Assembly (NCBI GenBank): GCA_964513225.1
Contig: CAZEMD010000002.1
Coordinates: forward strand, 1 to 37,268
Length of the DNA stretch: 37,268 nt
Reading direction: 5' to 3'
From: an uncultured Candidatus Bathyarchaeia archaeon
Lineage (GTDB): Archaea; Thermoproteota; Bathyarchaeia; TCS64
This document shows positions 24,691 through 32,085 of this stretch, in pieces. Both the position numbers and the translations under genes were made by a program. The notes below the pieces were generated by a model. It was not told where the DNA came from. It ran no database searches and was given only the letters and a program-made list of their open reading frames with translations. Each line of letters starts with the position of its first letter. The first letter of the stretch is position 1.

Positions 24691-25575
24691 TTAACTCCCC
24701 TCTCTTATATCGGCTAATATTCTAGCTACAAGTTTCTTCTCCTTATGCGTTTTTGAGTCTCTGATAATTTTCGATAGGTCTTTATCCATGTCTCCTAGAA
24801 ACTTGTATCCGTCTATTACCTTTGAGATCACCTCTTCTTTTGAGGGCAAGCTTCCTCTGCGAACAAGGCTTCTGAGATCTTCCCAGTCATAGTCACCTTT
24901 TTCCACTTTATCAAAAAATAATTCTGGATCGAAGGGGTCTCTCGCATTCCAGCATTTTACTACTACTAATGCTTTTATGGTATCTCTATTGTAAGGTCGT
25001 CCAGTGAATAAGTATAGGTCATACAAGTCTCTACTCCTGGCTCTTTGAAAGGCTGCTCTAATTTTTTCAGATAAAACTTCATCCCTTTGCATACATTGCA
25101 CAGGAAATCTTTGGAACTCGCAATACTTGAAGTACATCTCACTTTGGAGAGGAAGTTCCGCTGTAGGAAAGACAGGTTGTTCTCGGAAGCTGACTTGGAG
25201 TTCAAAGACGGTTCCCGGATTCCAAGCGTGGGCGTATCTGACCACTGCTAGATAGGATTCCGGAGTCAGGTTCTCATCATCTATTGTGAAGTCTATGCCA
25301 TACCAGCTTTTCTCGTCTAAAAGGTCTTTGATCTTTGCGCTTAGTTCCTCAGGTCTTATGTCGATACTTGTAAAGTCAAGGTCCATTGAGAACCGCCCTG
25401 TGTTCCCGAAATATATCTTCTTTAGGCAGGTTCCGCCTTTAAAGGCTAGTCTTGGAAGCATTGGTTCGGACATGATGCGTAGGACGTAGGTTAGTACTAT
25501 GTCCCGCTCAGCCCTGTTCTCTGGTACCCTGCTTGAACGGGCGTAGAATGCTACATGTCTTCTTTCCAGCACCAT
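24691..25575 (-). CDS. abiEii: AbiEii/AbiGii family nucleotidyltransferase toxin
   Basis: ...LAFKGGTCLKKIYFGNTGRFSMDLDFTS... is the family signature. 294 aa, 3 nt downstream of its AbiEi partner. Confidence 0.85.
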   Translation of the reverse strand: MVLERRHVAFYARSSRVPENRAERDIVLTYVLRIMSEPMLPRLAFKGGTCLKKIYFGNTGRFSMDLDFTSIDIRPEELSAKIKDLLDEKSWYGIDFTIDDENLTPESYLAVVRYAHAWNPGTVFELQVSFREQPVFPTAELPLQSEMYFKYCEFQRFPVQCMQRDEVLSEKIRAAFQRARSRDLYDLYLFTGRPYNRDTIKALVVVKCWNARDPFDPELFFDKVEKGDYDWEDLRSLVRRGSLPSKEEVISKVIDGYKFLGDMDKDLSKIIRDSKTHKEKKLVARILADIREGS

Positions 25576-25578
25576 TGC

Positions 25579-26832
25579 TCACCTTATCTCGATCTCGCTC
25601 AGCAGCTGAGATCTAGGGACGTTGTTAATTACTCTCCACTTCTTGGTTAGTTTACCTGTCTTCGGCCTCTTGGAGTCTAAGTATATGACTGTCCCTCCCA
25701 CTTTGTCTAGCAACGTATTCTCTAGTTTAAGTGATAGCGGCTTCACGAGGTTTTCCTCAGCCAGAAAAGAGATGATGAAGCCCAATCTCTGGATGAGGGA
25801 GCGGGAGTTCATCTTTACAGCATATTTGACAAGCCTATCCTTATTAACTCGGGAAAGGCCCCTCCACGTAATCCCAGCTAGCTGCTCTACTCCACCGGCA
25901 TATCTCGGTTTATCAAACGAGTCCACTAATGATTTTTCTGGCTCGGCCATGTTCACGTTGGTATCGAAAATGGCTTCTTTCCTGTAACCGAAGAACTTGT
26001 TCTCAGACAGAGTTATGAATTTAAAATTGCTGCCAGACCACTCGAAATCTGGCTTCTTCTTGGTTGTCGCAATGAATAAGGTGTAGGGAATCTGCGTCGT
26101 GAATCCATAATGGCTGTTGGATGTGTAGTAGCTGAAATAGTATGGCTCGATTAGAGAGGCGCCTATGACGTAGGAATTTGTTGGTGGTATCCTGTTTGGA
26201 TAGCCATAGCTTAGGGGGATGAATTGGTATAGACCTTGGGTGACTCTCTCTATCCACTTCTTATCTTCGAGACTGTGAAGCAATAGATATGCATAATCCG
26301 GCGTACAATCCAAGGCCTCTTGAACGTCAGAAGGACGGATTATGGTTTTGTTTTCAGACTCCCATGTGGCAACTAGCCTAGCTTCGTTTGGCGAAAGATG
26401 CAGCGTTTCTCGCTGTCTCTGCAGCTCCGATTCTCTCAATTTTAAGCCATCTTTACTTGTTATCCCGATCTGCTCGAAGGTCAGCAGCTTCACCGGAATC
26501 CTTTCAAGCTCCTCTCTCACGGAGGCCTCTACTTCGGGGCCAATCACTGTCAGCTCGAACTTTTTCAATGTGGGTTCAATGTTGGAGATCGCGGTGAAGA
26601 TGTTGATTATCTGGTCGAGCATGGTGCGCCCTATCTTTTTTCCGGTAACTTCCACGAAAATATCGGTATCGTCGCTCTTCTTGAAGTGGAAGTCGACGGT
26701 GATTCGACCTGGCAGAACCTCGTTTACCGCCGTGAGAGTGTGTTCCCTATATATTCGGGGGATCTCACGAGACGCGTAAGCCTCTAAGGCACCTTCCATG
26801 CCATTCACCGGGATGGGGAAGGCATCACGCAT
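25579..26832 (-). CDS. abiEi: AbiEi-family antitoxin with about 140-aa N-terminal PD-(D/E)XK-like extension
   Basis: Start reassigned to ATG 26832 (MRDAFPIPV...), because 26833-27129 is the repeated wecB upstream region read antisense. The C-terminal about 270 aa (...LSPNEARLVATWESENKTIIRPSDVQEAL...YLLLHSLEDKKWIERVTQGLY...) is an AbiEi-type wHTH plus C-terminal domain. The N-terminus has ...RITVDFHFKKSDDTDIFVEVTGKK... Confidence 0.7.
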   Translation of the reverse strand: MRDAFPIPVNGMEGALEAYASREIPRIYREHTLTAVNEVLPGRITVDFHFKKSDDTDIFVEVTGKKIGRTMLDQIINIFTAISNIEPTLKKFELTVIGPEVEASVREELERIPVKLLTFEQIGITSKDGLKLRESELQRQRETLHLSPNEARLVATWESENKTIIRPSDVQEALDCTPDYAYLLLHSLEDKKWIERVTQGLYQFIPLSYGYPNRIPPTNSYVIGASLIEPYYFSYYTSNSHYGFTTQIPYTLFIATTKKKPDFEWSGSNFKFITLSENKFFGYRKEAIFDTNVNMAEPEKSLVDSFDKPRYAGGVEQLAGITWRGLSRVNKDRLVKYAVKMNSRSLIQRLGFIISFLAEENLVKPLSLKLENTLLDKVGGTVIYLDSKRPKTGKLTKKWRVINNVPRSQLLSEIEIR

Positions 26833-26915
26833 ATTATAAATTTTTCTCTTTTTCTTAGTGTTAGAATTTATTATACTAAGATTCTCGGAAATTTTTATAA
26901 TTAGTTTTGTCATTG

Positions 26916-26929
26916 ACGTCCATGGACGT
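26916..26929. promoter_or_regulatory. perfect 14-bp palindrome ACGTCCATGGACGT
   Basis: Read directly. It lies between the AT-rich AbiEi promoter region and the start of the repeat shared by copies 2 and 4. Confidence 0.3.
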
Positions 26930-26959
26930 TTCCTTTGGGCTAAGTGACGGAGGTTCAGG

Positions 26960-27127
26960 GACGGCTGGATGACTTGGGGGGGGGGCAGGGCTTCATCGGG
27001 GGCCTCTCGACGAGGTGTTGAACCTGGTTCAGCTGGGTGAAGGTGAGTGTGACGCCTGGTGAGGTTCACTTGCCTCTTTTCTGTGTGTGTTGGATACTCT
27101 TTTAGATTGCTAGGAGAATCTTTCAAC
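26960..27127 (+). repeat. about 168-bp wecB upstream repeat (pairs with 36981-37147)
   Basis: Aligns position-by-position with 36981-37147 with fewer than about 10 mismatches. G+T-rich on the + strand. Confidence 0.9.
27097..27108 (+). promoter_or_regulatory. TATA-like box (CTCTTTTAGATT) about 25 nt upstream of the wecB-fragment ATG
   Basis: The same box occurs at 37117-37128. Related CTCTTTTACTCT or CTCTTTAGG boxes sit upstream of copies 0, 1 and 3. The spacing fits a leaderless archaeal promoter. Confidence 0.35.
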
Positions 27128-27304
27128 ATGCGTGTGGCTCTGGTTGTTGGGACTCGGCCTCAGATCATCAAGTCTGCTCCCATCATTAAGGAGGCTGGTA
27201 GGCGTGGTTTGGAGCTGGACGTGGTGCACACGGGGCAGCACTACGATTATGAGATGTCGAGGGTGTTCTTCAACGAGCTTGGTTTTTATATGGTCTATAT
27301 GTGA
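27128..27304 (+). pseudogene. wecB: truncated UDP-GlcNAc 2-epimerase 5' fragment (copy 2)
   Basis: MRVALVVGTRPQIIKSAPIIKEAGRRGLELDVVHTGQHYDYEMSRVFFNELG, then unrelated FYMVYM*. Homology ends near 27287. Confidence 0.85.
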
Positions 27305-27448
27305 CTAGGGAGAGGACCGGGATCACAAGGTAAAGAGACTAGTAAGATGCGGGTGGAGCCGGAGAAGACCGTAGCTATAGACTAGAGCAAACATGTTCTG
27401 TTTTTAACGTACCTTATATTGTGGTTATTTAAGCGAGGTTCAACATTA

Positions 27449-28282
27449 TTATTTTTTGATGTGGATGTTTTCCTTGTAAAATAGGCAATGGTTTTTTATT
27501 GGACATATATCGCATTTTGGGTTCGAGCTACAGATCCCTAGACAGTTTTCTGTTTCTTTTACACAGCAAAAGAGCCATATAGCTAAATCTACTATTCCTG
27601 GGGCTTCAGATAGATCGATGTTCGATATCTTGAATCTCTTCAACTCTTCTCGTGCAAAGTTTGATAGGGTCTCATGGATGCCCTGGTATCCTTTTTCGGT
27701 TGTCATAGTGATGTCCACTTTCCTTGGTGCGTATCTGTGGAGCAGGCCTACTCTAACCATGAATCTTACCTCGTGTCTGTCTATGGGGGCTCTATTGAAG
27801 TATCCCAGGTCTCTGAGCAGGTTGTCCCTACCCTTGAAGCCAATTCCTTTTAAGTTTGTTAAATAAGGGTCTATCGATCCTTGTTCCGCGTATTCGTTTC
27901 TTTCATCGGCCCACTCTTTCAGCGTGTTGCTTTTTTCGAGTTGTTCTTTCAGTGCTTGGAAGGAACCAAGGATCGTGTTCTTGAAGCTTCCATCATTTAG
28001 CTTCGATTTTACTAGCGTTTCTAATGATCCGTCTTTCAACATTTGGAGGGTTACTGTTTCTAGCCCGAGCTTTTTCCAGTATATGGGTCTATAGTAGCTT
28101 CGGGTTACGATTATCTTGGCGATCGCGGTCAAGGCTTCTTCTGGGTAGCTTTCATGTTCTAGGGTTTCACGATTTTCTAAGAAAGTGTTGGTGTCTCTGG
28201 TAACGATCTCCTCTATGCTTTCAGATCCCTCTGATTCATGGTTTAGAAGCTGTTGGAACCAGTGAACGTCGCTTTTAGACAT
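27449..28282 (-). CDS. HhH-GPD superfamily (endonuclease III-like) DNA glycosylase-like protein with Fe-S cluster loop
   Basis: HhH motif ...LTNLKGIGFKGRDNLLRDLGY, then ...APIDRHEVRF (catalytic-Asp position). The C-terminal CSSNPKCDICPIKNHC (C-x5-C-x2-C-x5-C) resembles the EndoIII 4Fe-4S loop. AT-rich gene. Confidence 0.65.
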   Translation of the reverse strand: MSKSDVHWFQQLLNHESEGSESIEEIVTRDTNTFLENRETLEHESYPEEALTAIAKIIVTRSYYRPIYWKKLGLETVTLQMLKDGSLETLVKSKLNDGSFKNTILGSFQALKEQLEKSNTLKEWADERNEYAEQGSIDPYLTNLKGIGFKGRDNLLRDLGYFNRAPIDRHEVRFMVRVGLLHRYAPRKVDITMTTEKGYQGIHETLSNFAREELKRFKISNIDLSEAPGIVDLAIWLFCCVKETENCLGICSSNPKCDICPIKNHCLFYKENIHIKK

Positions 28283-28409
28283 TTAATCACAGGTATAGAT
28301 TAAAGATAGGTTTTAAGAAAGATTGTATGTTGTGGACCTCAACAGTTTCAATCGAATTAATTGAAGTCGTGTCTCCTTTTATCTGGAAGAAGTCTTTTAT
28401 CAACATTTA

Positions 28410-28706
28410 ATGACAAGTTCTATTGCCTTGAAGGCGTTGATCCTTGCTGGGGGTTTAGCTACTAGGTTGAGGCCTCTCAGCTTGACTAGGCCTAAGATTC
28501 TGTTCCCTTTGGCTAATGTGCCTCTCATCGATTACACGTTGAGGTGTCTAAGGGCGTGTGGCGTTGACACCGTCGTCATGGCTGTGAACAACCTCGCTGA
28601 CGTGATCATGGGTTATCTGGGTTGTGAGAGTTTTGGTTTGGAGGTTCTCTACTCTGTTGAGGGGGAGCCTCTTGGCAAGGTTTTGCCTATCACGGGTGGC
28701 GTGTGA
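28410..28706 (+). pseudogene. N-terminal fragment of a sugar-phosphate nucleotidyltransferase
   Basis: ...KALILAGGLATRLRPLSLTRPKILFPLANVPLIDYTL...VLYSVEGEPLG, then the frame ends. A full enzyme would be at least about 230 aa. Confidence 0.75.
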
Positions 28707-28736
28707 TGGGCGGGAATATTTCTTTGCGTGTTTGGG

Positions 28737-29159
28737 TTATGTCATCGCTATTAGCGTGTCTGTGTCGATTGTGTTTGTGCTCGCGGCGTTAGCTGCTTTT
28801 TGGAGTTGCCTATCCTCCGTCACCAGGGTGTATCCTTCCTGTTGCGCTGTTGTTAGATAGGCTGAGTCGTAGTATGTCAGATTGCATTGGAACGCGTTTT
28901 CCATTATGGCTATGTGTGTCTGCCTGTTCTGTGCCACGTATGTTTTCATGAGGGCGGTGAGGTCGTGGACTTGCTCTATGGATTCAAGTGCGGTTTTTCT
29001 GTCTGGTTTCTTTAGCAGTTTATTGATCTTCCATATGGCGTTGCCCAGCTCGTAGATTGTTAGATCTAGTAGGAGTTCGTCTTTGAGGTGCTCCACGGCT
29101 TCCGTGGGGTGGTTCTTGGTTAGCAACATTATGGCTGAGGCGTCGAATATTTTTCTCAT
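28737..29159 (-). CDS. vapC: VapC PIN-domain toxin
   Basis: IFDASAI..., ...YELGNA..., ...TYYDSAYL... and ...LVTEDRQL are the four PIN acidic positions. ATGA overlap with the upstream antitoxin. Confidence 0.85.
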   Translation of the reverse strand: MRKIFDASAIMLLTKNHPTEAVEHLKDELLLDLTIYELGNAIWKINKLLKKPDRKTALESIEQVHDLTALMKTYVAQNRQTHIAIMENAFQCNLTYYDSAYLTTAQQEGYTLVTEDRQLQKAANAASTNTIDTDTLIAMT

Positions 29160-29377
29160 CTCTGTTCCCGTGTCTCCCGGATGGTTTTTATTATCTCCTC
29201 GTCGGGTACCTCTCTGAGTAGTTTGCTTAGTTTTTTTGCTGCTTCTTGGGCTCGTTGTTCTTGGATCTTTTTTACTTCGGCTTCTAGGGCTTTTCGGGTT
29301 ACTTCGCTTATGTTTATCCCTGTCTCTTGGAGTTCTTTTTTTAGCTCGTCGGGTATTCGCACGGTTATGGATGCCAT
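29156..29377 (-). CDS. vapB: ribbon-helix-helix VapB-type antitoxin
   Basis: MASITVRIPDELKKELQETGINISEVTRKALEAEV... has an RHH beta-strand plus helices. Confidence 0.75.
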   Translation of the reverse strand: MASITVRIPDELKKELQETGINISEVTRKALEAEVKKIQEQRAQEAAKKLSKLLREVPDEEIIKTIRETREQR

Positions 29378-29575
29378 ACTATCATGTATTTACGTTTATT
29401 GTCTTACGTAAAAGGTTATGCTTTTTCTGTATTAATTCGTTCATCTTTATACCGGCTTCTGGGTGGCCTCTTAGAAAGGCGATGAGGGTACCTGAGTCTA
29501 GGCAGACCAATCCGGTGCCTCTAGGTTGCGTGTCTCGGTGCGTGCAACACACGAATATTAGAAATAGTATTTACT

Positions 29576-30109
29576 CTATGGAGACATCCCCAGTTCGTCG
29601 AGTATTCTGCGGTATACCGTTGAGCTTATTCTAAGCCCAGCCTTCACGAGATCGTCTATGATCTGGAGTGCTTCCCTTTTTGTGATCGAGTCTTGCCTGA
29701 AGGCTTGAACGATGGTGCCGCAGGTGCCTATGGGCTTGATGTTCAATATTCTTGACACCCTTCTGGCCTCTCTGTCGTCGGCGATGAAGTAGGCGGCGTC
29801 TAGCTGTTTACAGAGCTTGAGGGCCTCCTTCTCCCCGAGCCCCAGTCTGGTGTTGGTGTCTAGGAAGCTGTACTCGGCTTCTACCTCGGGCTCTACCCGC
29901 TCTTTGATGATCCAGGTTCCGACGGCTTTCTCTATGATGGAGGCGTCTGGTATGTTTAGCGCTTTTCCCTGTGTCACGGCTTCGTCGTAGACGGCCTCGG
30001 GGATGTGGATTTCTGGGAAGACTTCCCTGATGATATCTAGTCTGCCGATCTTGGCCAGGTAGATGAGGGGTGTGGAGTCTGAGACAGCCGCCTTGGATGG
30101 ACTAGTCAT
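29576..30109 (-). CDS. DUF3368/COG2405 PIN-like protein
   Basis: ...VSDSTPLIYLAKIGRLDIIREVF...GEKEALKLC...YFIADDREAR...PIGTCGTIVQAFRQDSIT...LVKAGLRIS. Confidence 0.8.
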   Translation of the reverse strand: MTSPSKAAVSDSTPLIYLAKIGRLDIIREVFPEIHIPEAVYDEAVTQGKALNIPDASIIEKAVGTWIIKERVEPEVEAEYSFLDTNTRLGLGEKEALKLCKQLDAAYFIADDREARRVSRILNIKPIGTCGTIVQAFRQDSITKREALQIIDDLVKAGLRISSTVYRRILDELGMSP

Positions 30110-30419
30110 TCCCGAATGCCTTCAAGTCCTCTTCCAGGTCCTCGACGTCGTACTGGGGCTGTATGTTTAGCTTTGCTAGTACGTCGATCATCTCCCAGAC
30201 CGTGAGCCCCGCGGTCTCAGCCGCCCTGGGAAGCGTGGCTCCGCCTTCGGCGTATGATTCTATGGCTTTCTGGAGCTTCCATTCCCGTATGTAGTGTTCC
30301 AGCGCCCTGTCGAGGACCGTTGACTTGTCCACCTTCTCCGCTCTCGCGATCTCCTCTATCTGGCTCACCCTTTCCTGGGGGAGCCGGGCTGACACGACCT
30401 CTTTGGCCAACACCATCAC
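30102..30419 (-). CDS. UPF0175 family antitoxin-like protein
   Basis: GTG-ATG start. ...AIESYAEGGATLPRAAETAGLTVWEMIDVLAKLNI... Overlaps its partner by 8 nt. Confidence 0.75.
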   Translation of the reverse strand: MMVLAKEVVSARLPQERVSQIEEIARAEKVDKSTVLDRALEHYIREWKLQKAIESYAEGGATLPRAAETAGLTVWEMIDVLAKLNIQPQYDVEDLEEDLKAFGND

Positions 30420-30595
30420 CTCGTATACGTTGTAATACGGAGTATACGTATTTAAACGGTTCCCCGTGACAGGCCCAAACTGTGGCGGAGGTCCCTCAGC
30501 TGGGCGCGGAGGGCATGAGGGTGTTGGGGTTTGAGTTCGTCCACTTTGGGTTGTTTAGCTGATGTTGTGAAGAGGGGTATGGAGCTAGAGCCTGT

Positions 30596-31090
30596 TTATT
30601 CGTTCAGGTTTGAGACCCTTTTTATTACATCATCACTTATGTAAAAACCAAGGTTTTTCAGGGTTTGCACCGTCTCGATAAACTCGTTCAATGAGTAGAG
30701 CTTGCGGTCGTACATCGTCCTGAGAACCTTCAACGTGCCACCTATTGGTATACCCATACTGGTTGCTTTCCTCCGGGCAAGACGATCATCTATGATTAAG
30801 GTGTCTGCTTTTTCCTCGATTGCCAACGTAATGGCTTCTGCTTCGCCCTTTCCAAGAGGATCTATTAACGCAGCGACCATTTTACGGTCTTTTGGCTCTT
30901 TAACCGTGACTTCGCCTCGGCTCTTTGCTTTCGCTAGTTCTCTGTCGCCTTTCAGCCCCTTACCTTTAACGCATATCTCTACGTAGACAGCCTTCGGGAT
31001 GATTATTTCCTGAAAAAGGTTCTTCAATAATCTAAGGTGTCCGGTTTTGCTTAATGCTATGATCACTGATGAGTCGAGGACCGCCTTCAA
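30596..31090 (-). CDS. DUF3368/COG2405 PIN-like protein
   Basis: ...VLDSSVIIALSKTGHLRLLKNLF...GEAEAITLAIEEK..LIIDDRLAR...PIGGTLKVLRTMY...LKNLGFYIS. Confidence 0.8.
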   Translation of the reverse strand: MKAVLDSSVIIALSKTGHLRLLKNLFQEIIIPKAVYVEICVKGKGLKGDRELAKAKSRGEVTVKEPKDRKMVAALIDPLGKGEAEAITLAIEEKADTLIIDDRLARRKATSMGIPIGGTLKVLRTMYDRKLYSLNEFIETVQTLKNLGFYISDDVIKRVSNLNE

Positions 31091-31305
31091 ACCTCGAGCT
31101 CCTGCCGGGCTTCCTCATCCGTGTAAATATAGGCTGGGATGTTTCTGTTCTTTAGCTCGATGAGGAACTCCTGGAGGGGCATCTCGGCGATCTCCGCGGC
31201 CCTGTTGAGGCTGATGATTTTCTTTTGGAAGACCTCTACTGCTGTCGCTAGTTTTACGTCGCGCTCGGATATTGATTCAGGTACCCGTATTTCTATGGTC
31301 TTCAA
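31087..31305 (-). CDS. UPF0175 family antitoxin-like protein
   Basis: ...AVEVFQKKIISLNRAAEIAEMPLQEFLIELKNRNIP... ATGA-type 4-nt overlap with its partner. Confidence 0.75.
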   Translation of the reverse strand: MKTIEIRVPESISERDVKLATAVEVFQKKIISLNRAAEIAEMPLQEFLIELKNRNIPAYIYTDEEARQELEV

Positions 31306-31412
31306 CGTTGGCCTAATTACTACGTGTGGCTGGTGTTTATTATAGTTATAGTGGGATTCTTTTTAGTAATAGGTTATATTTTATAGCGGGAATTTTGGGT
31401 GCTTTCCTTGTT

Positions 31413-31602
31413 TTATTCTCTGTTCAGTTTTTTGATTATGAGGGCTGCGACGTGTTGTTTGAACTCTTGCTCGGTGCCTTGTGTGGTATATTCTTGGTGG
31501 TCTCCCTTGCCTGTGGCCTCGGTGTGGGTTAGTGGTTCTTCGTCTATCGTTTGGTTGAGGTGGTTTATTACGCTGGCTCTGCTTATGGTGCCCTTGAGTC
31601 GG
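31413..31602 (-). pseudogene. 3' remnant of the wHTH gene family seen at 12707-13069
   Basis: My translation is RLKGTISRASVINHLNQTIDEEPLTHTEATGKGDHQEYTTQGTEQEFKQHVAALIIKKLNRE*. The 5' half is absent and it joins the next remnant at about 31602. Confidence 0.55.
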
Positions 31603-31818
31603 CTGCGTAGGTTCAGTATAGGAGGCTATGATTTCGTTGAGCAGAACCCAGGTAAGGGCAGCAGGTGGGCCGAGATGGCGAGGGAGGGAAACCGGATATT
31701 GTGGGTGATGAAGGGCGGCAGTTATCTAGCTCAGGTGCGCGACGGGGAGTTCCGTGATTTCAAGGAGAGGGGGTGGAGGCGAGTTTGCGTTTTCCTTTTA
31801 ATTGGTTACTTATTGTAA
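31603..31818 (+). pseudogene. 3' remnant of the gene family seen at 12337-12636
   Basis: ...LRRFSIGGYDFVEQNPGKGSRWAEMAREGNRILWVMKGGSYLAQVRDGEFRDFKERG... DNA homology to 12463-12630. Confidence 0.55.
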
Positions 31819-32085
31819 GCGTTTTTTTCCAGAGGGCCCTCCACGATTTTTTTAGTTAAAATATGCTGGTTTTATCATGATTCCGTTGAATTATACAAAA
31901 TAGCCAAGTGTATAATAAAGAGGAATGTTTCGGGAGATGTCTCCACTGGTGATGGGGATTCGAGTCATCAATAGGCTAGAGAGGAGAAGGTTCAGAAATA
32001 CAATTTTATTTATATGCTTATAAGAGATCATGACTTTTTATTTCATAATATTTTAAATCAAATAGATATAATTTGTTTTAGATCT

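Larger units (their letters stand above)
24401..27127. mobile_element. cassette B (vapBC remnant plus AbiEi/AbiEii)
   Basis: Bounded by wecB fragments 1 and 2. Its left about 100 bp and right about 168 bp are homologous to the ends of cassette D. Confidence 0.45.

Noticed and set aside
26833-27129. N-terminal 99 residues of the 516-aa ORF 25579..27129 (MLKDSPSNLKEYPTHTEKRQV...), and the near-identical 85-aa ORF 36892..37149
   Set aside because: Both are the antisense reading of the repeated wecB upstream region and start codon. The sequence is low-complexity (P/R/T/H-rich) and precedes an AT-rich promoter-like stretch. The AbiEi gene most plausibly starts at 26832.
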